Assembly (NCBI GenBank): GCA_963845565.1
Contig: CAWJSJ010000001.1
Coordinates: 416,001-480,000 of the forward strand
Direction: 5' to 3'
From: an uncultured Methylomirabilota bacterium
GTDB lineage: Bacteria > Methylomirabilota > Methylomirabilia > Methylomirabilales > 2-02-FULL-66-22
DNA: 64,000 nt
Each line of letters starts with the position of its first letter. Position 1 is the first letter of the stretch. The notes below the pieces were generated by a model. It made no database searches, had not been told where the DNA came from, and worked only from the letters and a program-made list of their open reading frames with translations. The position numbers and the translations under genes were made by a program. Positions 1 to 9,986 of this stretch are shown here, in pieces.

Positions 1-93
1 GGGCTCGTCTCTTCGGTCTTCCACTGCCGTCCCGCATCCTGTTATGGCGTCGGTTCCCCGCCTCTCTGTTCACCCCTGCCGGAGGGATGAGGG

Positions 94-912
94 ATGTTCG
101 GGCTACTCCATCAGTTTCGCTGGATCGACGCCCTTGACATCCTGATCGTGGCGTTCGCCATCTACCAGATCATCCTGGCGGTGCGCGGGACCCGGGCGTT
201 TCAGATGCTGTTGGGGCTCGCGCTCCTGTATGTTGCGTCCTGGGTCTCGCTCCGCATCGGCCTGGTGACGGTGAACTGGGCCATCTCCAACCTGCTGGCG
301 GTGTGGCTGCTGCTGGTGATCATCCTGTTCCAGCCCGAACTACGGCGGGCCCTGGCGAGCATGGGCCGCCGCGGGAGCCTGCTGCGTGTCTTCTGGCGGT
401 ACCAGGAGGCGCACATGATCGACGAGGTGGTGCGCGCCGTCACCGCGCTGGCCGCCAAGAAGGTGGGGGCAATCGTGGTGCTGGAACGAGACTCCCGCCT
501 GTCGGACATCGTGGACTCCGGGACGGCGGTGGACGCCATCGTGTCACGGCGGTTGCTGGAGTCGATCTTCTACCCGTACTCTCCCTTGCACGACGGGGCG
601 GCCATTTTGAGCCGGGACCGGATCGTGGCCGCCTCGTGCTTCTTGCCGCTCAGCATCAATTCCGAGCTCCCGCGGGATCTGGGGACCCGCCACCGAGCCG
701 CCGTCGGCGTGACCGAGGAGAGCGACGCGATCGCGATCGTGGTGTCGGAGGAAACCGGAACCATCTCCCTCGTGGTCGGAGGAGACATCACCCGAAACCT
801 GGACGGGGCGGTCGTTCGACAGCGGCTGGGTCGCTTGCTGGGCCCGCCGCGACGGGCGTTCGGTCGCACGAAGACCAAAACGGTCGCCGCGGCCGGCGGG
901 CCGGGGGAGTGA
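94..912 (+). CDS. cdaA: Diadenylate cyclase CdaA/DacA
   Basis: Three N-terminal TM helices; SPLHDGA and LGTRHRAA motifs; cdaA-cdaR-glmM order. Confidence 0.95.
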   Translation: MFGLLHQFRWIDALDILIVAFAIYQIILAVRGTRAFQMLLGLALLYVASWVSLRIGLVTVNWAISNLLAVWLLLVIILFQPELRRALASMGRRGSLLRVFWRYQEAHMIDEVVRAVTALAAKKVGAIVVLERDSRLSDIVDSGTAVDAIVSRRLLESIFYPYSPLHDGAAILSRDRIVAASCFLPLSINSELPRDLGTRHRAAVGVTEESDAIAIVVSEETGTISLVVGGDITRNLDGAVVRQRLGRLLGPPRRAFGRTKTKTVAAAGGPGE

Positions 913-944
913 ACGCGCGGTCGGTATGACGGCGGCGGGGCGCG

Positions 945-1598
945 ATGCACATGCGGACATGGCTCCTGTACAATCCAGGTCTCAAACTCCTCTCGCTCGC
1001 GCTGGCGGCGTTCCTCTGGATCGTCGTGCTGGGGGAGCAGAAGGTCGATGTGACGGTGCACGTCCCGCTGCAACTCGCGCTGCCTCAGGGCCTCTTCATG
1101 ACGAACGATCCGGTGGATTCCCTGGATATTCACCTCCGCGGTCCAAAGACGCTGGTGACGTCGCTCGCCCCGCGCGAGGTTGCGCTGGAGGAGTTGTCCG
1201 TCAAGTGGGTGGAAGGGGAGAACATCATTCCGATCCGGCCTGATCTGGTGCGCGTCCCGCGCGGAATCCAGGTCGTCGCGGTCACTCCGCAGCGGGTGCG
1301 GGTGGTGCTGGAGTCGTCCGGCGAGCGCGAGGTGGAGATCACCCCTCGGGTGGAAGGGGGGCCGCCGGCGGGATATGTGGTCCGCCGGGTCGTGGCCGTG
1401 CCGGCGCGCATCCGCATCGTCGGCCCGACCAGCGAGCTACGCCGGATTACCCGGCTCCACACGCTGCCGATCAGCGTGACGGGGCAGACGGCCTCGTTCT
1501 CCGCCCGGGTCCTGCTGGAACCGGTCGGGCGCCAAGTCCAGGTGCGGGACAGCGACTCGGTCACCGTCGAGGTCGAGATCGGACAGAAGCCATCCTAG
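945..1598 (+). CDS. cdaR: CdaR/YbbR-like regulator of CdaA
   Basis: N-terminal KLLSLALAAFLW anchor and YbbR-like beta repeats; lies between cdaA and glmM. Confidence 0.85.
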   Translation: MHMRTWLLYNPGLKLLSLALAAFLWIVVLGEQKVDVTVHVPLQLALPQGLFMTNDPVDSLDIHLRGPKTLVTSLAPREVALEELSVKWVEGENIIPIRPDLVRVPRGIQVVAVTPQRVRVVLESSGEREVEITPRVEGGPPAGYVVRRVVAVPARIRIVGPTSELRRITRLHTLPISVTGQTASFSARVLLEPVGRQVQVRDSDSVTVEVEIGQKPS

Positions 1599-1701
1599 GC
1601 CGTTGTCAAAGAATATCTTGACCGGAGAAATTCCGGGAACGGCATAAGGAGCCGTAACGAAATTTCAAATAATGGCCGAATTATTTCATAACGGCTCCTA
1701 A
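1596..1701. repeat. Composite two-hairpin MITE-like repeat, copy 1
   Basis: TAG-GCCGTTGTCAAAGAAT..AACGGCA-TAA-GGAGCCGTAACGAAAT..ATTTCATAACGGCTCC-TAA; recurs at 16608, 19594 and 37057. Confidence 0.9.
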
Positions 1702-1723
1702 GCGAAGCGGACGGAGGAAGGGC

Positions 1724-3076
1724 ATGGGACGATTGTTCGGGACGGACGGTGTGCGCGGCGTGGCCAATCAGGAGCCCATGACGCCGGAGACCGTGGTCAA
1801 GCTGGGACGGGCGGCGGCGCACCGCCTCAAGGCCCCCGGCGACCGGCGGAGCATCGTGATCGGGAAGGACACGCGGCTGACCGGCTACATGCTCGAGACC
1901 GCCCTGACGGCGGGCATCACCTCCATGGGCGTGGACGTGATCCTGGTCGGCCCCCTCCCCACGCCCGGCATCGCCTTCATCACGCGCAGCCTGCGCGCCG
2001 ACGCGGGCGTGGTCATCTCGGCCTCGCACAACTCCTTCGAGGACAACGGGATCAAGTTCTTCTCGGGGGAGGGTTTGAAGCTGCCCGACGCGCTGGAAGC
2101 CGAGATCGAGGACCTGATCTTCTCGGGGGCCCTCGATCGGATCCGCCCGCCCGCCAACGACATCGGGAAGGCCTACCGGGTCGGCGACGCGGCAGGCCGG
2201 TATATCGAGTTCGCCAAGAACTCGTTCCCGAAAGGCCTCACCCTGCGGGGCCTGAAGGTGGCGGTGGATTGCGCACACGGCGCGGCGTATCGCGTTTCGC
2301 CGGCGGTGCTGCAGGAGCTCGGCGCGGAAGTCATCGCGCTCAACGTGTCGCCGGACGGTCTCAACATCAACGCGGGGTGCGGGTCGCTGCAACCCGACCA
2401 GCTCCAGCGGGTGGTGGTGGCGGAGCGGGCCCACGTCGGATTCGCGCACGACGGGGACGGGGATCGCGTTCTCGCCGTGGACGAGACCGGGGCCCTGGTG
2501 GACGGCGATCAGATCCTGGCCGTGTGCGCCACGGACCTCGCCGCCGCGGGGCGCCTCCCGGCGCGGACGGTGGTGGCGACGGTGATGAGCAACGTCGGTC
2601 TCGAGGTGGCCCTGCGCGACGCGGGGATCGGTCTGGTGCGCACGGCGGTCGGAGACCGGTACGTCCTCGAGGAGATGCTCCGTCACGGGTATACCCTCGG
2701 CGGGGAACAATCGGGGCACATCATCTTTACGGAGCACAACACGACCGGAGACGGCGTCGTCACTGCCTTGCAGGTCCTGGCGACGATGGTGCGGTCGGGC
2801 AAGCCCCTGTCCGAGCTGGCGGCCTGCATGCGGCGGTTTCCTCAGGTTCTCCAGAACGTCCGCGTCCGGCGCAGGGAGGACCTGGCGGCGCTGCCTGCGG
2901 TCCGGCAGGAGATCCAGGCCGCCGAGGCCGCCTTGACGGGCTGCGGGCGCGTCCTGGTGCGCTACTCGGGGACCGAGCCGCTGGTGCGGGTGATGATCGA
3001 GGGCCCGGACGAGGAGCGCATCCGGTCGCTGGCGGAGACCATCGCGGCGGCCATACAGACGGCGATCGGCGAGTGA
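1724..3076 (+). CDS. glmM: Phosphoglucosamine mutase
   Basis: [29 protein letters not shown] and RYSGTEP motifs. Confidence 0.97.
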   Translation: MGRLFGTDGVRGVANQEPMTPETVVKLGRAAAHRLKAPGDRRSIVIGKDTRLTGYMLETALTAGITSMGVDVILVGPLPTPGIAFITRSLRADAGVVISASHNSFEDNGIKFFSGEGLKLPDALEAEIEDLIFSGALDRIRPPANDIGKAYRVGDAAGRYIEFAKNSFPKGLTLRGLKVAVDCAHGAAYRVSPAVLQELGAEVIALNVSPDGLNINAGCGSLQPDQLQRVVVAERAHVGFAHDGDGDRVLAVDETGALVDGDQILAVCATDLAAAGRLPARTVVATVMSNVGLEVALRDAGIGLVRTAVGDRYVLEEMLRHGYTLGGEQSGHIIFTEHNTTGDGVVTALQVLATMVRSGKPLSELAACMRRFPQVLQNVRVRRREDLAALPAVRQEIQAAEAALTGCGRVLVRYSGTEPLVRVMIEGPDEERIRSLAETIAAAIQTAIGE

Positions 3077-3148
3077 GGGCGGGGCGCCGAGCGCGGCTCG
3101 GGTCCCGGCGGGAGCCATGGGCGATACACCACAGGGCGGGGTGAGGCG

Positions 3149-3877
3149 ATGACGACGCTCGTTGTCGGGCTGGATCAGCTGGCCATGTTGCGGCACGCCG
3201 GCGGTACGCGCGACCCGGATCCGGTCGTGGCGGCGGCTCTCGCGGAGCTGGCCGGGGCGGGCGGGGTTCGCGTGACCTGCGGCCGCGAGCAGGGCGGCAT
3301 CCAGGAACGAGACGTGCGGATGCTGCGCGAGGTGGTGCGGACGGCCCTGATAGTCCGCATGCCGGCCCAGGACGAGTTTCTCAAGTTGGCCCTCGCCGTG
3401 CGCCCGGACGTGGTGACGCTGATCCCAGGCGCCCGGGAAGGGCTCGGCGCCGAGCGCGGGCTGGATGTGGAGGATCGCCGCGAGGAGATCCTTCCATTCG
3501 TCGAAGCCCTCAAGGCGAGCGGCATCCTGGTCGCCGTCCTGGTGGACCCGGTGCCGACCCAGATAAAGGCGGCGCAGCGTTCGGGGGCCGGGGCGGTGCT
3601 GATCCACACCGGGCGATTCTGCTGGGCGACCAGCGATGCCGCCCGGGCGACGGAGTTCGACGCGCTCACCAACGCGGTCAAGATGGGCCACCGGTTGGGG
3701 CTCGCCATCCACGCCGGAGGAGGACTCACCTTCCAGAGCATGGGCGCCCTGGCCGAACTGCCGGAGATTACAGCCGTGGACGTCGGGCACGGCGTGATCG
3801 CCCGGGCGGCGTTGACGGGCATGGGTGAGGCCGTCCGGGAGGTTCGTCAGCTCCTGCAGGGCGGCTCGGCCCGATGA
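3149..3877 (+). CDS. pdxJ: Pyridoxine 5'-phosphate synthase-like protein with a degenerate active site
   Basis: PdxJ length and motif spacing (PDPV, RPDVVTLIP, IHTG, VGHGVIARA); pdxJ-acpS synteny; catalytic residues substituted. Confidence 0.75.
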   Translation: MTTLVVGLDQLAMLRHAGGTRDPDPVVAAALAELAGAGGVRVTCGREQGGIQERDVRMLREVVRTALIVRMPAQDEFLKLALAVRPDVVTLIPGAREGLGAERGLDVEDRREEILPFVEALKASGILVAVLVDPVPTQIKAAQRSGAGAVLIHTGRFCWATSDAARATEFDALTNAVKMGHRLGLAIHAGGGLTFQSMGALAELPEITAVDVGHGVIARAALTGMGEAVREVRQLLQGGSAR

Positions 3878-4257
3878 TCCTCGGGATCGGCACGGACCTG
3901 GTGGAGATCGTGCGCGTGGAAGATCTCCTGTCGCGCCACCAGGAGCGGTTTCTGAGCCGGGTCTTTACCCCCGCGGAACGGGGGGACTGTCTCGACCGCG
4001 CCCGTCCGGCGATGCACTTGGCCGCGCGTCTGGCGGCCAAGGAGGCGGCCATGAAAGCCCTGGGAACCGGATGGGGATTGGGCGTCCGGTGGCTGGACAT
4101 CGAGATCCGGTCTGGGGACGGCACGCCGCCCAGCCTGTCCTGGACGGGCGCGGCTGGTGCCCGCGCGGAGGCCCTGGGTATTCGGCAGACCCTGGTGAGC
4201 CTCTCGCACGACGGCGGGTACGCATTGGCGTTGGTGGTGGCCACGGACGGACGATGA
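3874..4257 (+). CDS. acpS: Holo-ACP synthase
   Basis: GIGTDLVEI, AAKEAAMKALGTG and SLSHD motifs. Confidence 0.95.
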   Translation: MILGIGTDLVEIVRVEDLLSRHQERFLSRVFTPAERGDCLDRARPAMHLAARLAAKEAAMKALGTGWGLGVRWLDIEIRSGDGTPPSLSWTGAAGARAEALGIRQTLVSLSHDGGYALALVVATDGR

Positions 4258-4300
4258 GCGGGGGCGGGCGTCGGAGTCCCGGCGCGGCGATCGAGGGGCC

Positions 4301-5866
4301 ATGATTCGAGTGGCGACGGCGTCGGAGATGCAGGCGATGGATCGGCGGGCTGCCGCCGAGTTCGGGATTCCGTCGCTGCTCCTGATGGAGAACGCCGGCT
4401 CGGAAACGGTGCGCGAGATCCTCGCGGCGTTTCCCGGGATCGGCGGGCTGCGCGTCCTGGTGCTGTGCGGGCGGGGGAACAACGGCGGGGACGGATTCGT
4501 GATCGCGCGCCGACTCCTCGGCCGGGGCATCTCGGTCCGCACCGTGCTGCTTGCGCCCCGGGAGGTGGTGCAGGGCGACGCCCGGATCAATCTGGAGATT
4601 CTGGAGAAACTGGGCGCGCCGCCGGTCGAGATGCCTGATTCGAGCCATCTTTCCGGTCTGCGGGAGTGCCTCTTTTGGGCCGACGTGGTGGTCGACGCGA
4701 TCATGGGGACCGGCGCCCGTGGGCCGGCGCGCGATGTCCTGGCCGAGGCGATCGACGCGGTGAATCGGTCGGGGCGTCCGGTGGTCTCTGTGGATATTCC
4801 GTCGGGCCTCGGCGCCGATCAGGCAGAAGCGGCGGGCCCCGCCGTCCGCGCGACGCTCACGGTGACCTTCGCCGCGCCGAAGCGGAGCCTGCTCCTCTTC
4901 CCGGCCGCGGCCCACGCCGGGCGGGTCCGGGTGGTGGACATCGGCATCCCGCGGGCGTTGTGGACTGGCGAGGAGATCGGCGTTGGCCTGCTGCAGGCCG
5001 CCGACGTGCAGGGGGCCTTTCCTGTTCGGGAGCCCGCGGCGCACAAGGGGAGCTACGGTCACGTCCTGGTCATCGCCGGGTCAGTGGGCAAGACCGGCGC
5101 GGCGGCCCTGGCGGCCCTGGGCGCCCAGCGGATCGGCGCCGGCCTGGTGACGCTGGCGGTGCCGGCCAGCCTGAATGACATCCTCGAGGTGAAACTGACC
5201 GAGGCCATGACCGCGCCGGTGCCGGAGACCGAGGCGCGGACGATGGCCCTGGCGGCCCTGGAGCCGCTGCTCCGCCTGGCGGAAGGCAAGGACGCGGTGG
5301 CGATCGGCCCGGGTCTGGGGACGCACCCAGCGACCCAGGCACTGGTCCGCGAGCTGGTGACGCGGCTCCGCATGCCCGTGGTGGTGGATGCGGATGGCCT
5401 GAACGCGCTGGCAGGCGCGGCGCAATGTCTGCGCGACGCCGCCGGGCCGCTGGTCCTGACACCGCACCCGGGCGAGTGCGCCCGGCTGCTCGGCGTGTCG
5501 GTCGCGGCCCTTCTGGCGGAGCGGATCCCGGTGGTTCAGAAGACCTCCGCAGATTGGCATCTCAATCTGGTCCTGAAGATGGCCCGGACGCTGGTCGGGG
5601 ACCCGACGGGCGGCGTCGCCATTGTTCCGACGGGGAACCCGGGTATGGCCACGGGAGGGACGGGCGACGTCCTGACCGGTGTGATCGCGGGCCTCATCGC
5701 CCAGGGGGCGGCGGCCCCGCTGGCCGCGCGCGCCGGGGCTTACGTCCACGGCCTGGCGGGCGACCTGGCGGCAGGTCGCCTGGGGCCGGAGGCGATGCTG
5801 GCAGGGGACCTCCTGGACGCCCTGCCCGAGGCGATCGGGCGGGTGAAGACGGGTGATCCGGCATGA
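4301..5866 (+). CDS. nnr: Bifunctional NAD(P)H-hydrate epimerase/dehydratase
   Basis: LMENAG, GNNGGDG, HKGSYG, TPHPGE and GGTGDVL motifs. Confidence 0.95.
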   Translation: MIRVATASEMQAMDRRAAAEFGIPSLLLMENAGSETVREILAAFPGIGGLRVLVLCGRGNNGGDGFVIARRLLGRGISVRTVLLAPREVVQGDARINLEILEKLGAPPVEMPDSSHLSGLRECLFWADVVVDAIMGTGARGPARDVLAEAIDAVNRSGRPVVSVDIPSGLGADQAEAAGPAVRATLTVTFAAPKRSLLLFPAAAHAGRVRVVDIGIPRALWTGEEIGVGLLQAADVQGAFPVREPAAHKGSYGHVLVIAGSVGKTGAAALAALGAQRIGAGLVTLAVPASLNDILEVKLTEAMTAPVPETEARTMALAALEPLLRLAEGKDAVAIGPGLGTHPATQALVRELVTRLRMPVVVDADGLNALAGAAQCLRDAAGPLVLTPHPGECARLLGVSVAALLAERIPVVQKTSADWHLNLVLKMARTLVGDPTGGVAIVPTGNPGMATGGTGDVLTGVIAGLIAQGAAAPLAARAGAYVHGLAGDLAAGRLGPEAMLAGDLLDALPEAIGRVKTGDPA

Positions 5867-5918
5867 CCGAGCGCCCGGCGTCCTCCCCCTCGGGGGCGTG
5901 GGGAGTGGAAGGGTCGTG

Positions 5919-6458
5919 ATGACCGTGTTGGCGCTGGGCGATTGCGAGCTGTCCTGGGAGTCCGCGTCTCCCGAGGAGAGCCTCCGAGCCGGGGAAGCCC
6001 TGGGCCGCTTCCTCCGACCGGGCGATCTCGTGGCGTTGTTTGGCGAATTGGGGAGCGGAAAGACGCTCTTTGTCCGCGGCATCGCGATGGGCTTGGGCTG
6101 CCGGCCGGAAGAGGTTCACAGTCCAAGCTTCACGCTGGTGAACGAGTATGACGGTGCGGGGAAAGAGGCCGCGGCCACCTCGCCGTGGCGGCTTGCCCAC
6201 ATCGATCTGTACCGGATCCGCTCCGAAGCGGATCTCCCGGGCATCGGGTGGGACGAGTACCTGAGCGTGCGCTACATCGTCGCGGTCGAGTGGGCCGAGC
6301 GCGCCGTGCGCTCGCTGCCGCGAGACCATCTGCGGGTGCGGCTGGACGCACGGGGCGGCGACCGGCGGCGCGTGTCTGCACAGGCCACGGGATCCCGATC
6401 CGCGCGTATCTTGCGGGAGTGGTTGGCGACACTCGGTGTCCATGTGGTGCCGGCGTAG
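5919..6458 (+). CDS. tsaE: tRNA t6A biosynthesis ATPase
   Basis: GELGSGKT, SPSFTLVNEY, HIDLYR and VEWAE motifs. Confidence 0.93.
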   Translation: MTVLALGDCELSWESASPEESLRAGEALGRFLRPGDLVALFGELGSGKTLFVRGIAMGLGCRPEEVHSPSFTLVNEYDGAGKEAAATSPWRLAHIDLYRIRSEADLPGIGWDEYLSVRYIVAVEWAERAVRSLPRDHLRVRLDARGGDRRRVSAQATGSRSARILREWLATLGVHVVPA

Positions 6459-6607
6459 CCTCGCCGACATGGGAGAACGGCACGGCGATTCTGCGGGGGA
6501 AGCGATGCGCTCCTGTGGCGCCCGGGCGGCGGGCGAGGGGCAGGAGGCGACGGGGTAGGGGTTCCTTTCCGCCGGGGCTCTTCGGGAGTCCCTGATGAGG
6601 TCGGACC

Positions 6608-7432
6608 ATGACGATCGTGGCGATTTCGCGGGAAATGGGGAGCGGGGGGTACGAAGTTGCGTCGGCCGCGGCCAAGATCCTCGGCTATGACTACGTGGAC
6701 CGGGAGATCCTGCTCCACGCGGCGCGCGTCCATGACGTGTCGGAGGAGAAGATCACCGACGTCGCCGACCGGCACCTGTCGCTCTGGGAGCGGTTCGACG
6801 AGGAGAAGCGCCGCTACCTGACGTTCATCGAGGCGGCGTATTACTCCTTTGCGGAAAAGGGGAATGTGGTCACCGCGGGACGCGGCGGCCCGTTCTTTCT
6901 GCGCAACGTGACCCATGCCGTGCGGGTCCGGATCATGGCGCCCTTCGAGGTGCGGGTGCGGCGGGTGATGGAGCGGGAGAAACTGGACCACAAGGCGGCC
7001 GTCGGGAAGGTGCGGAACTACGACCGCGAGCTTGCCGGGCGCATCGATTACCTGTTCGGGCTGGACTGGACGCTCCCCGAGAACTACGACCTGGTGATCA
7101 ACACCGAGGCGGACGCCTGGCAGTTCTACATCGACCTGTTGGTCGCCACCGCCCGGCATGCCCGATTCCAGCCGACGCCGGAATCGCTCCAGCGGGTGCG
7201 GGACCTGAGCCTGGGGGCGCGGGTGCGGGCAGCCATCGCCAAGGACCCGCTGACCAAGAACATCAACGTCGAGGTGGTGGCCCACGGCGGTCAGGTGGCG
7301 CTGAAAGGCGTTGTCTTCAGCCCGGCCATGATGGATGCGGCGGCGGGGGTGGCCCGACACGTCCCGGGTGTCACGCAGGTATCCTGCGAGGCCGTGGAGA
7401 TTCCGCGGGTCTACCCCGGCCCGATCATGTAG
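6608..7432 (+). CDS. Cytidylate-kinase-like family protein with a C-terminal BON domain
   Basis: ISREMGSGG, GRGG and YDLVINT motifs; BON-like C-terminus (GQVALKG..VPGV). Confidence 0.8.
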   Translation: MTIVAISREMGSGGYEVASAAAKILGYDYVDREILLHAARVHDVSEEKITDVADRHLSLWERFDEEKRRYLTFIEAAYYSFAEKGNVVTAGRGGPFFLRNVTHAVRVRIMAPFEVRVRRVMEREKLDHKAAVGKVRNYDRELAGRIDYLFGLDWTLPENYDLVINTEADAWQFYIDLLVATARHARFQPTPESLQRVRDLSLGARVRAAIAKDPLTKNINVEVVAHGGQVALKGVVFSPAMMDAAAGVARHVPGVTQVSCEAVEIPRVYPGPIM

Positions 7433-7474
7433 GGGCAACCGTCGAACGTCTTTTTATCACCCCTGGAGCGCGCG

Positions 7475-8659
7475 CTGACGAACACCCGGTCGCTTGCCGT
7501 CTATTACTTCTGGTATTTCGTCGCCGTCGGCGTCCTCGAACCCTATCTGACCCCTTTGTGGCGAGAGTTCGGCCTGTCCTCTTCCGAGATCGGACTGCTC
7601 AACGCCATCATGCCGGGGGTGGCGACGGTCGCGCCCTTTCTCTGGGCGGCGTATGCCGATGCCACGCGTAGCGGCGACCGTATCTTTCTGTGGACCACCT
7701 GGCTCTCCGCGCTCGCGGCACTCCTTCTCCCCAACGCTCAGCGCTTCGTGCCGGCAGCGCTCGGCATCTTCTGCTTGGCGGTCTTCCGGACGCCGCTGAT
7801 CCCCTTCGCCAACAGCATGACCTTCCGCGTGCTGAAGGATCGCCCCCAGCGGTACGCGGGCATCCGGCTGTGGGGGACGATCGGGTATATCGTCGCCGCG
7901 GTGGGGGCGGGGGCGGTGATGGATCGGCTCGGTTTGCGGATGGGGATGTACGGAGTCAGCCTCTCGATGCTGGCGTGCGGTCTCGTGGCGTGGGCGGGGA
8001 GGAGCCGGGAGCGCGTCCGGCTGGCCCCGGTCGGCCTGCAAGAGATTCTGGAGACCCTGCGCGATCGGCGCCTCCTGATTCTCGTGACGGCCACCGCGCT
8101 GGCCTGGGTGAGCTACGGGCCATATGGGACGTTCTATACGATCCACCTGGAGCAACTGGGTTTCTCCCGGGCCTTCGCGGGAACCGCCTGGGCGCTGGCG
8201 GCGGCGAGCGAGCTGATCGTGATGCTGCTCTGGCCTCGCATGTGCGGCTGGGCGACGCCCCGGACCTGGCTCATCGTGGCGTTGACCGCGCATCCGTTGC
8301 GATGGCTGCTGTCCAGCGTGGCGCACGGCCCCGCGTTCCTCCTGGCCATCCAGCTCACCCACGCGTTGACCTTCGGGGTGCTCTATCTGGCCGCCGTGCA
8401 GAGCGTGGAGGGTTTGGCTCCCGAGGGGCTGCGGACCACGGCGCAGGGCGTATTCGCCTCGGTGACGTTCGGCGTCGGGGGACTCGTCGGCAACAGCCTG
8501 GGTGGGTTGCTGTACGAGCCGATGGGGATGACGGCGCTCTACATCGCCGCCGCCGTGGTTTCGGCCTGGGGGCTGTTCCTGTTCGTCGTGGGCACGCCCC
8601 GCGAACGAGCCGACGCCCAACCTCTTGCACCACGCGCGGCGCGGGAGGAACGCCGATGA
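7475..8659 (+). CDS. MFS transporter (MFS_1_like), probable CTG start
   Basis: About 12 TM helices; IRLWGTIGY motif; TM1 (YYFWYF..PYL) lies upstream of the first ATG/GTG/TTG. Confidence 0.8.
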   Translation: MTNTRSLAVYYFWYFVAVGVLEPYLTPLWREFGLSSSEIGLLNAIMPGVATVAPFLWAAYADATRSGDRIFLWTTWLSALAALLLPNAQRFVPAALGIFCLAVFRTPLIPFANSMTFRVLKDRPQRYAGIRLWGTIGYIVAAVGAGAVMDRLGLRMGMYGVSLSMLACGLVAWAGRSRERVRLAPVGLQEILETLRDRRLLILVTATALAWVSYGPYGTFYTIHLEQLGFSRAFAGTAWALAAASELIVMLLWPRMCGWATPRTWLIVALTAHPLRWLLSSVAHGPAFLLAIQLTHALTFGVLYLAAVQSVEGLAPEGLRTTAQGVFASVTFGVGGLVGNSLGGLLYEPMGMTALYIAAAVVSAWGLFLFVVGTPRERADAQPLAPRAAREERR

Positions 8660-9894
8660 AAAGCGCCTCCAGGCTGCTCTGGTTGCTCTTTGCAGTTAAC
8701 TTGTTCAACTACATCGACCGGCAGATCCTGTTTGCCGTCTTCCCGGCTATCCAGGCCGACCTGCACCTGTCGGACACGCAGCTCGGCCTGTTGGCCTCGG
8801 CGTTCATGTGGGTGTACCTGTCGGCGGCGCCGGTCTTCGGTCTGCTGGCGGATCGCCGGTCGCGCCCCCGGCTGATGGGCTTGGGCGTGGGGATCTGGAG
8901 CTTGGCAACGGCGCTCTCGGGAATGGTCCGAAGTTACGGGCAACTCCTCATGGGCCGAGCGCTGGTCGGGGTCGGCGAGGCGAGCTACGGAGCGGTGGCC
9001 CCGGCCATGCTGTCCGATGCCTACGAACCCGCGCATCGCGGTCGAGCCCTGGCGCTGTTTTCCATGGCGATTCCAGTGGGTAGCGCGCTCGGGTATTTGC
9101 TCGGGGGCGCGTTCGAGCAGGCGCTCGGCTGGCGCGCGGCGTTCTTCATCGTGGGGATTCCCGGTCTCTGGCTGGCCTGGACCGTGGGGCGCCTGCCCGA
9201 CGTGACCCGTGGCGGCCTCGATGGTTCCGGGTCCGCGTCTCCGGCCGTGGCCGCGCCGCGAGTGGCGGATTACCTGGAACTTCTCAAGACCAAGAGCTAC
9301 CTCTTGAACTGCCTGGCCATGACGGCCATGACGTTCGCCGTCGGGGGGCTGGCTGCCTGGGTGCCAACGTATCTGGTGCGAATCCGAGGGATGGGGCTGG
9401 CGGAGGCGAACTTGGTCTTTGGCCTGCTCACCCTGGTGAGCGGCCTCGGCGGGACCATCGTGGGAGGGTGGCTGGGCGACCGCTTGCTTCCCCGGCTGCC
9501 GACGGCCTACTTCCTGGTCTCCGGGATCGGGCTGGCGCTCAGCGTGCCGTGTGCCGCGGCGGTGATCCTGCTGGATGATCGGACGTGGGTTCTGGTGGCG
9601 ATCTTCCTGGCGGAGGTGTTCATCTTCCTCAACACGGGGCCACTCAACGCCATCATTGCCAACGTCAGCCGCTCACAGGTGCGCGCCACCGCCTATGCCG
9701 TGAATATCTTCGTCATCCACGCGCTGGGCGATGCCATCTCGCCCGCCCTCGTGGGGGCGGTCTCGGATCGTGTGGGCCTCGCCACGGCATTCTGGATCGC
9801 CCCCGGCGCGCTGGCGCTCGGCGCGGCCTTCTGCTTCTGGGGGATGCGGACGTATGGCGCGGACGCGGAGCGCGTGAAAGAGAAGGCGGAGTAG
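8656..9894 (+). CDS. Spinster-like MFS transporter
   Basis: NLFNYIDRQ, GRALVGVGEASY and HALGDAISP motifs. Confidence 0.88.
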   Translation: MKSASRLLWLLFAVNLFNYIDRQILFAVFPAIQADLHLSDTQLGLLASAFMWVYLSAAPVFGLLADRRSRPRLMGLGVGIWSLATALSGMVRSYGQLLMGRALVGVGEASYGAVAPAMLSDAYEPAHRGRALALFSMAIPVGSALGYLLGGAFEQALGWRAAFFIVGIPGLWLAWTVGRLPDVTRGGLDGSGSASPAVAAPRVADYLELLKTKSYLLNCLAMTAMTFAVGGLAAWVPTYLVRIRGMGLAEANLVFGLLTLVSGLGGTIVGGWLGDRLLPRLPTAYFLVSGIGLALSVPCAAAVILLDDRTWVLVAIFLAEVFIFLNTGPLNAIIANVSRSQVRATAYAVNIFVIHALGDAISPALVGAVSDRVGLATAFWIAPGALALGAAFCFWGMRTYGADAERVKEKAE

Positions 9895-9898
9895 GGGG

Positions 9899-9980
9899 AG
9901 CTGGCAGCAGGCAGGCGGCAGCTGGCAGAGGACGACCCGACCGTCTGGAACCGCTCCCCGTTCGCTGCCTGCTGCCAGCT
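9899..9980. terminator. 16-bp inverted repeat between convergent genes; probable bidirectional terminator
   Basis: AGCTGGCAGCAGGCAG / CTGCCTGCTGCCAGCT. Confidence 0.55.
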
Positions 9981-9986
9981 TTCCCT

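Noticed and set aside
1595..3790. 731-aa minus-strand ORF and similar long antisense ORFs (e.g. 47718-50123, 29801-31513, 24551-25963)
   Set aside because: Shadow ORFs of GC-rich genes on the opposite strand; no recognisable motifs
7690..9894. 734-aa ORF as a fusion protein; likewise upstream extensions of the ORFs at 24098, 41298-42356, 51376 and 59347
   Set aside because: The extensions overlap real genes in other frames; the true starts are downstream at RBS or stop-start overlaps
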